The notes under the pieces: generated by a model
Told to the model about the DNA's origin: nothing
The model's database searches: none
The model's input: only the letters and a program-made list of their open reading frames with translations
Program-made: the position numbers and the translations under genes
Part shown: piece by piece, positions 1 through 10,288 of the stretch
Layout of the letters: each line of letters starts with the position of its first letter
How positions within the stretch are numbered: position 1 is the first letter of the stretch
NCBI GenBank assembly: GCA_038209515.1
Contig: JBBQXQ010000001.1
Span: 10,439 to 74,438 of the forward strand
Direction: 5' to 3'
Length of the DNA stretch: 64,000 nucleotides
Origin: Gemmatimonadales bacterium
Lineage (GTDB): Bacteria > Gemmatimonadota > Gemmatimonadetes > Gemmatimonadales > GWC2-71-9

Positions 1-1
1 G

Positions 2-940
2 AGCACCGTGGCGGCGGTGGCCCTGCCGAGCGACGAGATGAAGGGCCGGATTATCGGGCGGGAGGGGCGGAACATTCGAGCGTTCGAGACCGCCACCGGG
101 GTGGACGTGATCATCGATGACACTCCGGATACGGTAATCATCTCCTGTTTCGACCCGATCCGCAGGGAAGTCGCCCGCCGTTCGCTCGAAGCCCTCATCA
201 CCGACGGTCGCATCCACCCCGGGCGAATCGAGGAGGTCGTCCTCAAGATTCAGCAGGAGCTCGATGCCCAGCTGATCGAGCTGGGAGAGCAAGCCGCTTA
301 CGATACCGGAGTGCACGGCCTCCATCCGGAGGTCATCAAGCTGGTGGGCCGGATGCGGTACCGGACCTCCTACGGGCAGAACATTCTGGACCATTCCAAG
401 GAAGTGGCCTGGCTCGCGGGGATGATGGCGTCCGAGCTGCATGTGGATGTGGCGCTGGCCAAGCGAGGTGCTCTGCTCCACGACATCGGGAAGGTGCTCA
501 CCCATGATAACGAGGGCACCCATGTGGAGCTCGGCGTGGAGGTAGCGCGGAAGTACGGCGAGAGTGGGCCGGTGATCAACTGCATCCAGGCCCATCATGA
601 CGACGTCCCCCATGAATCCACCGAGTCGGTGCTGGTCCAGGCGGCGGACGCGATCAGCGGCTCCCGCCCGGGTGCCCGGCGGGAGGCGTTCGAGAGCTAC
701 GTGAAGCGGCTGACCCGGCTGGAGGAGATCGCGAACGCATTCCCCGGAGTGGAGAAGAGCAACGTCATCCAGGCGGGACGGGAGATCCGGGTGGTGGTGA
801 CCCCTGACCGCATCGACGACGGCGCCGCGGCGCAGCTTTCAGAGTCGATTGCTCGAAAGATCGAGGGCGAGCTGCAGTATCCCGGCCAGATCAAGGTAGT
901 CGTGATCCGGGAAACCCGAGCGGTGGACTTCGCTCGGTGA
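2..940 (+). CDS. rny: Ribonuclease Y, C-terminal ~310 aa (5' end outside window)
   Basis: The reading frame is open to the window edge. KH motif [13 protein letters not shown]; HD-domain motifs LLHDIGK and AHHDD. The stop overlaps the folD start (GTGA). Confidence 0.9.
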   Translation, partial: STVAAVALPSDEMKGRIIGREGRNIRAFETATGVDVIIDDTPDTVIISCFDPIRREVARRSLEALITDGRIHPGRIEEVVLKIQQELDAQLIELGEQAAYDTGVHGLHPEVIKLVGRMRYRTSYGQNILDHSKEVAWLAGMMASELHVDVALAKRGALLHDIGKVLTHDNEGTHVELGVEVARKYGESGPVINCIQAHHDDVPHESTESVLVQAADAISGSRPGARREAFESYVKRLTRLEEIANAFPGVEKSNVIQAGREIRVVVTPDRIDDGAAAQLSESIARKIEGELQYPGQIKVVVIRETRAVDFAR

Positions 941-1836
941 GCGCCAGAATCCTCGACGGTACTGCCATCGCGAAGGCGATCCGCCAGGAGGTCGCGGCCG
1001 AGGTGTCTCGTCTCCGGTCCAAGGGACGGAAACCAGGTCTCGCAGCGGTCCTGGTTGGAGAAGACCCGGCCAGCGCGGTCTACGTTCGCTCGAAGGGAAA
1101 GGCGTGCGAGGAAGCGGGAATGCACTCGGTCACCATACGGCTCCCGGCAGACACCCCCGAAGCCGAGCTCCTGGACACGGTAGATCGTCTCAATGCCGAC
1201 CCCGAGATCAATGGGATCCTGGTACAGCTCCCGCTGCCCAAGCACATCAACAGTGAGAAGGTGCTTCGTCGGATCGACCCATCGAAGGATGTGGATGGAT
1301 TTCATCCGGTCAATGTGGGCAAGCTGGTAACCGGCGACAAAACCGCCTTTCGGCCGGCGACACCCTACGGCGTGCAGCAGCTGCTCGTCCGTTCCGGCAT
1401 CGAGACCAAGGGCGCGCACGCGGTCATTGTGGGTCGGTCAAACATCGTGGGCAAGCCCATGGCCAGCCTGCTGATCCAGCAGGGTCCCGGCGGCGACGCC
1501 ACCGTGACAATCTGCCATTCACGCACCCGCGACCTGCCGTCAGTCACCCGCCTGGCCGATATCCTTATCGCCGCGATCGGCAAACCCGAGTTCGTGACCG
1601 CGGACATGGTGCGCCCCGGCGCCGTCGTGATCGATGTCGGGATCAACCGGGTGGACGATGCCTCCCGGCCCAGGGGATACCGCCTGGTAGGGGACGTCGC
1701 CTATGACTCGGTCGCGCAGATCGCCTCCGCGATCACGCCCGTACCTGGGGGTGTGGGACCGATGACGATCGCGATGCTGCTCCAGAACACGTTACAAGCC
1801 ATGCAGCAGGCGGAACGTGGTGAAGTTTTCGCCTGA
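937..1836 (+). CDS. folD: Bifunctional methylenetetrahydrofolate dehydrogenase/cyclohydrolase
   Basis: 299 aa. Motifs [26 protein letters not shown] and [10 protein letters not shown]. Confidence 0.92.
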   Translation: MSARILDGTAIAKAIRQEVAAEVSRLRSKGRKPGLAAVLVGEDPASAVYVRSKGKACEEAGMHSVTIRLPADTPEAELLDTVDRLNADPEINGILVQLPLPKHINSEKVLRRIDPSKDVDGFHPVNVGKLVTGDKTAFRPATPYGVQQLLVRSGIETKGAHAVIVGRSNIVGKPMASLLIQQGPGGDATVTICHSRTRDLPSVTRLADILIAAIGKPEFVTADMVRPGAVVIDVGINRVDDASRPRGYRLVGDVAYDSVAQIASAITPVPGGVGPMTIAMLLQNTLQAMQQAERGEVFA

Positions 1837-1857
1837 GCCGCGATTGATAATCCATCT

Positions 1858-3009
1858 ATGACCTTATCGCTCTCCTTCAGCATTCCCTCTCCAACGGATC
1901 AAGTCTGGTCCGTCGGCCAGCTCAGCACCATGGTCAAGCACCTGATTGACGGTTCATTTATGCCGGTCTGGGTGCGCGGCGAGGTGGTGCAGTGCAAGGT
2001 CTGGTCGAGCGGGCATTGGTACTTCACCCTGCGCGACAAGCGCAGTCAGGTGAAATGCTGCCTGTGGAAGCTGAACGCCGTCAGGGCGGGGAAGCCGCCG
2101 CCCGACGGTACCGATGTGTTCGTGCTCGGAAAGCCTGGGCTCTACGAGGAGAAGGGCGAATTCCAGTTCATCGTTCAGCGCATCATTCCGACCGCAGCCG
2201 TGGGCCGGCAGCAGCAGGAGCTGGAGCGGGTCAAAGCGGCGCTGCAGAAGGATGGTCTGTTCGAGCCCGGTCGAAAGAGGAAGGTGCCGGCCTATGCCTG
2301 CACGGTGGCGCTGGTCACCAGTCCGGACGGGGCTGCGATCCATGATGTCGTCACCGTCACCCGGAAGCGGTGGCCCTGTGCCAGGATTTTGGTCATCGGC
2401 GCCCGGGTTCAGGGCGACGGGGCGGTGCAGGAGCTGGTGCGGGCTCTCAGGCTGGTGAACAGTATCCCGGGCCTCGACGTCTGCATTGTCGGCCGGGGGG
2501 GTGGTGGACGTGAGGACCTGGCCGCGTTCAACAGCGAAGCGGTCTGCCGCGCCCTCGCAGCCGTGCGGGTGCCCACCATATCGGCGGTAGGGCACGAGAC
2601 CGACATTTCGCTCACCGATCTCGTTGCCGACATCCGCGCGGCAACGCCGTCCGCGGCGGCCGAGCTCGCGGTGGCGGACCGGCGTGACGTGCTTCGGCTG
2701 GTGGACGACCTCTCGATTCGCCTCGCAGCGGGGCTCAGCGGCCGAACCCGGCTCGCCTCCGAGCGCTTGGCCCGCACCGGTGACCGGATTCAGGCGGGCA
2801 TCGAGACTGTCCTCGAATCCCGGCGTAATCTGATGAACCGGCTCGGCGCACAGCTGGACGCCCTGAGCCCGCTCAAGGTGTTGGGCCGCGGGTACGCCGT
2901 GCCCATGGCGTATGATGGCCGGGTGCTGAAGGGTCAGGCCGACTTCGTGACCGACCAGAGGTTTCGTTTGCGGGTAAGCGATGGCGATGTTCGCGCCCGC
3001 GTGGAGTGA
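1858..3009 (+). CDS. xseA: Exodeoxyribonuclease VII large subunit
   Basis: 383 aa. N-terminal OB-fold (VWVRGEVVQCKVWSSGHWYFTLRD) and catalytic core GRGGGGREDL. It is followed by xseB, as in the classical operon. Confidence 0.9.
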   Translation: MTLSLSFSIPSPTDQVWSVGQLSTMVKHLIDGSFMPVWVRGEVVQCKVWSSGHWYFTLRDKRSQVKCCLWKLNAVRAGKPPPDGTDVFVLGKPGLYEEKGEFQFIVQRIIPTAAVGRQQQELERVKAALQKDGLFEPGRKRKVPAYACTVALVTSPDGAAIHDVVTVTRKRWPCARILVIGARVQGDGAVQELVRALRLVNSIPGLDVCIVGRGGGGREDLAAFNSEAVCRALAAVRVPTISAVGHETDISLTDLVADIRAATPSAAAELAVADRRDVLRLVDDLSIRLAAGLSGRTRLASERLARTGDRIQAGIETVLESRRNLMNRLGAQLDALSPLKVLGRGYAVPMAYDGRVLKGQADFVTDQRFRLRVSDGDVRARVE

Positions 3010-3013
3010 GACG

Positions 3014-3259
3014 ATGCCCAAGCCTACTGTGGCGCCCCTGGACCAGCCCCCCTTGGCCGATGAGCTCGCCCGGCTGGAGGAGATCGTGCGCAAGCTCGAG
3101 GCGGATGACGTGGAGCTGGATACCGCGCTCGCGCTGTTCGAAGAGGGTGTCGCCCGGCTCCGCGCGGCGCGTGAACGCCTCGCGGACGCCGAGATCAAAG
3201 TCCAGGCCGTTCTCGAGGCCGCCGACGGCGACATCAGGCTGACCGACCTCGATGGCTGA
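3014..3259 (+). CDS. xseB: Exodeoxyribonuclease VII small subunit
   Basis: ATG at 3014, just after the xseA stop. Helical small protein with LARLEEIVRKLE...LDTALALFEEGVARLR. The track ORF begins at 2981, but that start overlaps xseA. Confidence 0.85.
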   Translation: MPKPTVAPLDQPPLADELARLEEIVRKLEADDVELDTALALFEEGVARLRAARERLADAEIKVQAVLEAADGDIRLTDLDG

Positions 3260-4166
3260 GACGGCTGCCGGCGCGAAGGCGACGGACCTGCTGTTGGAAG
3301 CACGAGAGGCGATCGACACGCTCCTGGGCGACTGGTCGGAGCGCCTTGGCGTCGAGATCGGGGGGCGCGATGGCCAGGCGCTGGCGTACGCCCTCAGGAC
3401 GCCGGGAAAGCGGATCCGTGCGGCGCTGCTGCTCGCGGCCTATCGATCGGTTGGAGGCCAGTCCCCGGGCATCGCCGGCATTGCCGCCGCAGTCGAAACG
3501 GTGCACGCCTACTCGCTGGTGCACGACGACCTGCCCTGTATGGACGACGACGATCTCCGCCGTGGCCGTCCCACCACCCATCGAGCCTTCGACGTTCCCT
3601 CGGCCACCCGAGCCGGCTACCTGCTCGTACCGGTTGCTGCCCGATTGCTCGCGGTCGGCGCCGCGGAGCTGGACCTTTCCCCCGGGTCCCTAAGCCGCAT
3701 GGCGGCAGAGCTCTTTCGCGCGGGCGGTGCGGAAGGCATGGTCGGGGGCCAGTGGCTCGATCTCGAGGCGGAGCGGCGGGCGTTATCGCTCTCCGAGCTG
3801 ATCGAAGTTCACCGGGGGAAAACCGGCGCCTTGATCCGGGCTGCGTGCGTGCTGGGCGGCATGGCGGCTGAGGCCGAGGCGGAGGCCTTGGCCGGCCTCA
3901 CCGCTTTTGGAGACGACATCGGACTCGCGTTCCAGATCGCCGATGACGTGCTCGATGCCACCGGCACGAGCGAGGAACTAGGGAAACCCGCCGGCCGCGA
4001 TGTCGAGCTGAAGAAATCCACGTACGTGGTTCTCTGCGGCATCGACGGGGCTCGCCGAGAGGCCGAGCGGCTGGCCCGGAGCGCCGTGTCCCACCTGGAC
4101 CGCGCAGGCGTGCCGTCCGGGGCACTGGGGGCCCTGGCCGGATATATTGTACACAGGACGTCATGA
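3252..4166 (+). CDS. ispA: Polyprenyl (farnesyl/geranylgeranyl) diphosphate synthase
   Basis: First Asp-rich motif LVHDDLPCMDDDDLRRG and second motif FQIADDVLD. Sits in xseB-ispA-dxs order, as in E. coli. Confidence 0.88.
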   Translation: MAETAAGAKATDLLLEAREAIDTLLGDWSERLGVEIGGRDGQALAYALRTPGKRIRAALLLAAYRSVGGQSPGIAGIAAAVETVHAYSLVHDDLPCMDDDDLRRGRPTTHRAFDVPSATRAGYLLVPVAARLLAVGAAELDLSPGSLSRMAAELFRAGGAEGMVGGQWLDLEAERRALSLSELIEVHRGKTGALIRAACVLGGMAAEAEAEALAGLTAFGDDIGLAFQIADDVLDATGTSEELGKPAGRDVELKKSTYVVLCGIDGARREAERLARSAVSHLDRAGVPSGALGALAGYIVHRTS

Positions 4167-4212
4167 GAGTAGTCGTGCGCAGCTGACACCTTATCCTCAT
4201 CCCGAGCGCAGC

Positions 4213-4258
4213 GAGGGACCTAGCCAGCGGGCTCCGGAAATCCGCTGGTAGGTCCCTC
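4213..4258 (+). promoter_or_regulatory. Long hairpin in the ispA-dxs spacer, ending 13 nt before the dxs ATG
   Basis: GAGGGACCTAGCCAGCGG / CCGCTGGTAGGTCCCTC gives 17 bp with one bulged G and an 11-nt loop. There is no U-tract. Confidence 0.5.
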
Positions 4259-4271
4259 GGCGCGAACCGCC

Positions 4272-6167
4272 ATGTCCTTGCTCGCTACGATCAAGTCGCC
4301 CCAAGATCTCAAGCGCCTCCGTCGCGACCAGCTCCCCGAGCTGGCCCAGGAAATCCGCGACCGCCTCATCGAGTGCTGCTCGATTACCGGCGGTCATATC
4401 GGGGCCAGCCTGGGCGTGGTCGAGCTGAGCATCGCTCTCCTCTACGAGTTCGACTCACCGGCCGACAAGATTGTCTGGGACGTTGGGCATCAGGCCTACG
4501 CCTGGAAGCTCCTGACCGGCCGGAACGAGCCATTCCCCACCCTGCGGCAGCGCGAGGGGATCTCCGGGTTCCTCAAGCGCAGCGAAAGCGAGCACGATCA
4601 GTTCGGCGCCGGTCACGCGGGCACCGCCATGTCGGCGGCGCTCGGCATGGCCACCGCGCGGGATCTCAAGGGCGAGCAGCACAAGGTGGTGGCCGTCGTG
4701 GGCGATGGCGCGCTCACCTGCGGGCTCTCCTACGAGGGGATGAATAACGCGGGTCACTCCGAGCGGGACATCGTTCTGATCGTAAACGACAATGGGATGT
4801 CCATCTCGCCCAATGTGGGTGCCATGCCCAAGATGCTGGGCCGCATCGTCGCCGATCCCCGGACCAACAAGCTCCGCGAGCGGATCAAGGGGATGACCTT
4901 TGCCCTGGGTGGAGTCTTCGGCGAGGGACTGGTGGAGTTCGCTCGCAACGTAGAGGAGAGTGTCAAGAATCTCTTCTCGCCCGGAATGCTGTTCGAGGAG
5001 CTCGGCTTCCGCTATTTCGGCCCGATCGATGGGCACGATCTCCCGAAGCTCTGTGACACACTCAGGTTCGTGGGTGGCATGGAAGGACCCCGGGTGATTC
5101 ACGTGATCACCCAGAAGGGGAAGGGGTTCTCTTTTGCGGAATCCAACCAGGAGAAGTGGCACGGACTCGCCGCGTACGACCCACTGACCGGTGAGGCACG
5201 AAAGAAATCGAGCGGTCCGCCGACCTGGACCCAGGTCTTCGGAGCCGGCCTCACTGCGCTCGGGGGCGAACATCCCGAACTGGTGGCGATCACCGCCGCG
5301 ATGCCCTCGGGGACCGGTACCAGTGTGTTTCAGGAGAGATACCCCGAGCGCTTCTTCGATGTTGGGATCGCCGAGGGCCATGCGGTGACCTTCGCCGGGG
5401 GCTTGGCCACCCAGGGTATCCGCCCGGTCTGCGCGATCTACAGCACGTTCCTCCAACGGGCCTACGACAACGTCATCCACGACGTGGCCGTGCAGCATTT
5501 GCCAGTGATCTTTGCCATGGACCGCGCGGGGCTCGTAGGCGAGGACGGTCAGACCCACATGGGGCTGTACGACATCGCCTATATGCTGGCCGTCCCCGGC
5601 ATGACCGTGACCGCACCAAAGGACGGCGATGAGCTGATCGGGCTGCTCCGCGCCGCGCTCGCCCATGACGGCCCGTTCTCGACCCGATACCCTCGTGACA
5701 AGGCGCCGGCGGAGCCTCGCCCCGCGTCCGAGATTCCGGCAGTGCCATACGGCACCTGGGAACAACTGCGCCGGGGAAAGGACGTGGCGATCCTGGCCGC
5801 GGGTACGATGGTACTCCCCGCGGTGCAAGCGGCCGAGCTCCTGGCCGACGACGGTGTCGACTGCGCAGTGGTGAACTGCCGGTTTCTCAAGCCGATCGAC
5901 TCGGTGATGCTCGAGGCCCTGACCCAGCAGCACCGGACCCTGGTGACAGTCGAGGAGGGCACGATCGTCAATGGATTCGGCGCCCACGTGGCCGAAACGC
6001 TCCAGACCACCCATCCCGAGGTGCGCGTCGTTGCCCTTGGCGTGCCTGATCGTCTCATCGAGCAGGCCCCCCGTGCCGAACAGCTCGATACCTATGGCCT
6101 GTCTGCGGCCGGCATCGCACGGCGCATTACGGCGTTGCAGCACGAGGAGAGCCTCGAGGCCCGATGA
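4272..6167 (+). CDS. dxs: 1-deoxy-D-xylulose-5-phosphate synthase
   Basis: 631 aa. GGHIGASLGVVELSIAL and ThDP motif GDGALTCGLSYEGMNNAG; transketolase-like C-terminal domains. Confidence 0.95.
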   Translation: MSLLATIKSPQDLKRLRRDQLPELAQEIRDRLIECCSITGGHIGASLGVVELSIALLYEFDSPADKIVWDVGHQAYAWKLLTGRNEPFPTLRQREGISGFLKRSESEHDQFGAGHAGTAMSAALGMATARDLKGEQHKVVAVVGDGALTCGLSYEGMNNAGHSERDIVLIVNDNGMSISPNVGAMPKMLGRIVADPRTNKLRERIKGMTFALGGVFGEGLVEFARNVEESVKNLFSPGMLFEELGFRYFGPIDGHDLPKLCDTLRFVGGMEGPRVIHVITQKGKGFSFAESNQEKWHGLAAYDPLTGEARKKSSGPPTWTQVFGAGLTALGGEHPELVAITAAMPSGTGTSVFQERYPERFFDVGIAEGHAVTFAGGLATQGIRPVCAIYSTFLQRAYDNVIHDVAVQHLPVIFAMDRAGLVGEDGQTHMGLYDIAYMLAVPGMTVTAPKDGDELIGLLRAALAHDGPFSTRYPRDKAPAEPRPASEIPAVPYGTWEQLRRGKDVAILAAGTMVLPAVQAAELLADDGVDCAVVNCRFLKPIDSVMLEALTQQHRTLVTVEEGTIVNGFGAHVAETLQTTHPEVRVVALGVPDRLIEQAPRAEQLDTYGLSAAGIARRITALQHEESLEAR

Positions 6168-7033
6168 AGGTCGGCGTGGTCGGGAATCCGCGGTACGGGG
6201 ACCTCAAGGCAGTCCTGGAGCATCTCGCCATCTCGGCGCCGGATCGGGGCATCACCCTTTATAGTGAGCCCCGCCTCCAGCCGTTCTGGAACCGGGATGT
6301 CCCCTCCTTCGAGAGCGTCGGCCTGGACGCGCTCCTCACCTTCGGGGGGGACGGGACGTTGCTGCGTGGGGCCCGTCTGCTCGGCGCGCGCGAGACACCG
6401 ATCCTCGGCGTCAACCTGGGCCGCGTCGGATTTCTCACCACCGCCACCCGCGACTCCCTCGATCCCGCGCTGGATGCGCTGGTGGCCGGACGATACGAGA
6501 TCGAGAAGCGCCAGGCACTCCGCGCCGCCATCCGCGACCCCGAGGGAGAGACCCGGGCCACCCAGATGGCGGTCAACGACGTCGCGGTGCACAAGGGCGG
6601 CGTGGCTCGCGTTATCCGGGTGAACGTCTTCATTCAAGGCGAGAACGTCGGGCCCTATAGCGCGGATGGCATCATCGTCGCCACTCCCACCGGTTCTACC
6701 GCTTACAGCCTGAGCGCAGGCGGCCCGATCGTCGTACCTGGGGTGGAAGCGATGGTCGTCACTCCGATTGCAGCGCATACACTCGCCGTACGGGCGCTCG
6801 TGGTTCCCGCCACGTATCGCATCGTGATCGAGCCGATGGCCGGGTGGGCCGACGATCTGCTAGTCTCGTTCGATGGCCAGACCGGTACCACGCTCGCGCC
6901 TGGCGAGAGTGTAGACGTCTGCCGCGCCGATCATCGGGTATGCCTCATCCGCCTCGGCGGAGAGGGATTCTTCGAGCGGATGCGGCAGAAGCTCCACTGG
7001 GGTGATCTCTCCGGTAGGGAAATCAAGGACTGA
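6164..7033 (+). CDS. nadK: NAD(+) kinase
   Basis: GGDGTLLRGARL motif and ATPTGSTAYSLSAGGPIV. ATGA overlap with the dxs stop. Confidence 0.9.
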   Translation: MKVGVVGNPRYGDLKAVLEHLAISAPDRGITLYSEPRLQPFWNRDVPSFESVGLDALLTFGGDGTLLRGARLLGARETPILGVNLGRVGFLTTATRDSLDPALDALVAGRYEIEKRQALRAAIRDPEGETRATQMAVNDVAVHKGGVARVIRVNVFIQGENVGPYSADGIIVATPTGSTAYSLSAGGPIVVPGVEAMVVTPIAAHTLAVRALVVPATYRIVIEPMAGWADDLLVSFDGQTGTTLAPGESVDVCRADHRVCLIRLGGEGFFERMRQKLHWGDLSGREIKD

Positions 7034-7036
7034 CCG

Positions 7037-8710
7037 TTGCTCGCTGAACTCCGCGTTCGAGACCTCGCCACCATCGCCGACGTCACGCTCCAGCTCGGCC
7101 CCGGCCTCAACGTCCTCACCGGTGAGACCGGCGCGGGGAAATCCATGCTGGTGGATGCCCTTGCGCTGCTCCTGGGGGAGCGGGCGGCGAGCGGCGGCGT
7201 CCGCCCGGGCGCCACAAAGTCCGTGGTAGAGGGCGCGTTCGAGGGGATCGATGCCGGTACCCGCCGGCAGATCGAGGAGCTGGGGCTCGACGTCGAAGAG
7301 GGCCGGGTGGTGGTGCGGCGCGAAGTCTCCGCCGAGGGGCGATCGCGAGCGTGGGTCAATGGCAGCCCGACCACCGCGGCAGTGCTGGCGGATCTCGGTG
7401 CACTGTTGGTCGATCTCCACGGACAGCACGAGCCCCAATCACTGCTGCATACCGAAGCTCAGCGGGACATCCTCGATGCATTTGCGCACGCCGAGGTAGA
7501 GCGGGGAGCCGTGGCTGAGGCGCACGCAACCGTGGCGGCGCTCGGGGCCGAGCAGTCGGCCCTCGCGGCGCGGCGCGATGAGGTGCGCCGCCGGGCGGAC
7601 TACCTGCGCCATGTTGTGGATGAGATCGACGCCGCCAGGATCCTCCCGGGCGAGGATGAGACGCTTCAGACAGAGGCGCGACGCCTCAGTCAGGCCGGGG
7701 CATTGGTCGAGCAGGCACAGCGGATCGTCGAGGCACTCGAAGGGGAGAGTGGCAACGCGCTTGGGGCGCTCGGTGTGACAAATCGGGCGCTCGCGGGTCT
7801 GGAGAAGGTAGACCCCACGACCGGTGAATGGCGCGAGCTGCTGGATGGCGCGTACGCCAATCTTTCCGAGCTGAGCCGGCTGGCGACCGAGTACGCCGGC
7901 TCCGTCCAGGAGGACCCGGACCGGCTGGCTGGGGTCGAGCGGCGTCGCGACCTGTTGTTCCGGCTCACCAGCAAGTATGGCGCGACGCTCGAGGCGGTGT
8001 CCGCAACCCGCGAGGAGGCGGCCGCCGAGCTGGACCTGCTGGACACCGCGGACACCGATTTGCGCGCCCTGGCGGCCCGCCGGGACGCAACCGAAGCAGC
8101 CCTCAGGGCCGCGGCCGATGGGTTGAGCGCCCGGAGGGCTGAGGCGTCGGATCGGCTGGCGCGCGGAGTAAACCGGTTGCTGCCTCAGCTGGGGCTGGCC
8201 GGCGGGAAGCTGTCCGTCCTGCTCACTCCGCTGGAGGAGCCTGGCCCACACGGACGAGAGAGAGTGCAGCTGCATGTCCAGCTCAACGTCGGGCTGGAGG
8301 CCAAGCCGCTGGCTAAGGTGGCGTCAGGCGGCGAGCTCTCCAGACTTATGCTCGCGCTCAAGGTCGTGTTGGTGAAGCACGATGCCATCGCGACACTGGT
8401 GTTCGACGAGGTGGACCAGGGAATTGGCGGCGAGACCGGTGCCCAGGTGGGATCAGCGCTGGCCGAGGTCGCGGAGCGGCATCAGGTGCTGGTCATCACC
8501 CACCTACCGCAGATCGCCGCCCGAGCGGATAGCCATCTGGTAGTTTCGAAAGAGGCACGGCGCGGGATCGCCACCAGCGACGTACAGGTGCTTCATGGCG
8601 AGGACCAGATCAACGAGATCGCGCGTATGCTTGGCGATGCGGAGGGCGAGGCAGCACGGCGGCATGCCCAGGCGTTGTTGCGAAGCCCCGCGGTAGCAAA
8701 GCGACGGTAG
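7037..8710 (+). CDS. recN: DNA repair protein RecN
   Basis: TTG start. Walker A GETGAGKSMLVDAL, long coiled-coil middle, signature SGGELSRLMLALK and Walker B LVFDEVDQG. Confidence 0.93.
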   Translation: MLAELRVRDLATIADVTLQLGPGLNVLTGETGAGKSMLVDALALLLGERAASGGVRPGATKSVVEGAFEGIDAGTRRQIEELGLDVEEGRVVVRREVSAEGRSRAWVNGSPTTAAVLADLGALLVDLHGQHEPQSLLHTEAQRDILDAFAHAEVERGAVAEAHATVAALGAEQSALAARRDEVRRRADYLRHVVDEIDAARILPGEDETLQTEARRLSQAGALVEQAQRIVEALEGESGNALGALGVTNRALAGLEKVDPTTGEWRELLDGAYANLSELSRLATEYAGSVQEDPDRLAGVERRRDLLFRLTSKYGATLEAVSATREEAAAELDLLDTADTDLRALAARRDATEAALRAAADGLSARRAEASDRLARGVNRLLPQLGLAGGKLSVLLTPLEEPGPHGRERVQLHVQLNVGLEAKPLAKVASGGELSRLMLALKVVLVKHDAIATLVFDEVDQGIGGETGAQVGSALAEVAERHQVLVITHLPQIAARADSHLVVSKEARRGIATSDVQVLHGEDQINEIARMLGDAEGEAARRHAQALLRSPAVAKRR

Positions 8711-8719
8711 GACCTCTCC

Positions 8720-10288
8720 TCACCAGATCCCGAAATACGCCCTGAACTGCGCTGCTAACCTGTGGGTGTCGGGCACCCTCCCGCCGCCGGCCCGCAGCAC
8801 CCGCTCGTAACTCCAGCTCGCATCCACCGGCAGTCCGGTCCCGCCCGGCCGCAGCCCGCCGGGGTTGGCGTAGGTTATTCCGACCGAGAGCACCGTAGCG
8901 TTCGCGCTGCTCTCTTCTGCCAGCACGCTCGGGTCAACTCCAGGGATCGCCCCGCTCGGTGTGGCGTACGCAACCACGTCGGACTTACGAGACCAGTGCT
9001 CCAGCCCCGCCTGGAGTGCAAGCGTTCGGGCCAGCCGGTAGAAAGGCCGCACGCCGACAGCCAGGATGTCACCGGGATTACGTCGCACGAGGGCGAGCCG
9101 CTCGGGACCAACCAGCGGCTGGCTTGGAGCAGTCACCCGGTCCAGGATGTTCGAGGGAAGCTGTCGCACGTAGCTGCCGCTGAGCCTCGCGCCCAGAGAT
9201 CCCGAGCCAATGTCAGTCGTCACGTCCACCTGGATGTCGGTCTGCCCGTCGCCAGTCCCGATGTCGAGTGGATGATCACTCCGGGCGCGACGACCGGTTG
9301 GAAAGCGAACCAGGCCGGAGATCACCGTCCGAAAGCCGCCACGATGCGTGCCGAGGTCCCAGTGATCAATCAGGGTGACGGCCGCTCCTGCTTCGGCGTC
9401 ACCGCGAAAGGTCAACGGTCTGTTGTCGAGCCTGAGGGCGAGAGGGCCCGTGAGGAATTGGTCAAAACCGGCCTGATCCAGCACGGCGTCCGGGAGCGCT
9501 GGAAGAGCGGTGAAGCCCGGCACGTTCAGATTCGTCTCGAGCGTGCTCTGAAGGGTCGTCACCCGCGCGTCGAGCGCGGTTCCGGCGCCACTCGTCGCTG
9601 TGGGTACAAAAGGGGAAGCGGTGGCCGGATCGGCGAGGATACCGAACAGGTCGCCCCTGAGCGCCGTAGCGTCGGCCAGCGTTGCTACTGCCAGTGCCCG
9701 CTGAGTCGGATTGGCGTCGTAGTCGCCAGCTGCAAGCTTGCTCCCGAGATCGGCTAACGCCGCGTCGAAGTCCGCGAAGAATGAAAGTTGGTTGATCTGG
9801 CCGGGGTTGACGCCGGCATCCGCCGACGCGGGATCCAACTGCATCCGCGACTGCACCCGCGTCCGGACCAGGGGTACTCGTCCGAAGATCGTGATCGCGT
9901 TGGTAATGCCGAGACTCAGGCCGAGAAACCCGGTCCCGACGTCGGCATGCGCATCGGTCGTCAACGCGCCTAGATTGATCCGGTAGCCTGGGTTCCCGAT
10001 GACACGGCCGATCAGCACATCGGCATTGGCGAGGCTGGGGATGCGGTCACTGCCCAGAGCCCCGCTGGAGAGATCGGCCGCATAACTCTCCAGATGCCCG
10101 GCACGGAAGCGCCGGTCGAACGTCTCCAGCGAGCCGTCGAGCTCCAGCCGCACCACGCCGCTCGGCACTCCGACCGGAACGAGCTGCGCCCACACCCGCG
10201 CTGGTACGATCAGGCAGGCGATAAAACCGAGGCGCCGCACGCAATGCCCCACAGTCCCTCCCAAGAGAAGACGGCCAGCGTCAAACAC
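8720..10288 (-). CDS. Putative outer-membrane beta-barrel protein (hypothetical)
   Basis: N-terminal signal-like segment RRLGFIACLIVPARVWAQ. Alternating beta-strand-like composition and an aromatic C-terminus YFGIW. The true start may be GTG at 10240. Confidence 0.6.
   Translation of the reverse strand: MFDAGRLLLGGTVGHCVRRLGFIACLIVPARVWAQLVPVGVPSGVVRLELDGSLETFDRRFRAGHLESYAADLSSGALGSDRIPSLANADVLIGRVIGNPGYRINLGALTTDAHADVGTGFLGLSLGITNAITIFGRVPLVRTRVQSRMQLDPASADAGVNPGQINQLSFFADFDAALADLGSKLAAGDYDANPTQRALAVATLADATALRGDLFGILADPATASPFVPTATSGAGTALDARVTTLQSTLETNLNVPGFTALPALPDAVLDQAGFDQFLTGPLALRLDNRPLTFRGDAEAGAAVTLIDHWDLGTHRGGFRTVISGLVRFPTGRRARSDHPLDIGTGDGQTDIQVDVTTDIGSGSLGARLSGSYVRQLPSNILDRVTAPSQPLVGPERLALVRRNPGDILAVGVRPFYRLARTLALQAGLEHWSRKSDVVAYATPSGAIPGVDPSVLAEESSANATVLSVGITYANPGGLRPGGTGLPVDASWSYERVLRAGGGRVPDTHRLAAQFRAYFGIW

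Noticed and set aside
1954-3303. 449-aa minus-strand ORF covering xseA/xseB
   Set aside because: It is antisense to two genes with clear family motifs. The product is Arg/Ala/Ser/Pro-rich junk typical of shadow frames in high-GC DNA.
4455-6143. 562-aa minus-strand ORF antisense to dxs
   Set aside because: It is a shadow ORF. dxs on the plus strand has unambiguous ThDP and transketolase motifs. The antisense product has no recognisable motif and a biased composition.
10094-10243. Upstream 50-codon extension of galK given in the ORF track
   Set aside because: The extension lies antisense to the OMP-candidate gene, is Arg/His/Pro-rich, and is not needed for a normal GalK N-terminus.
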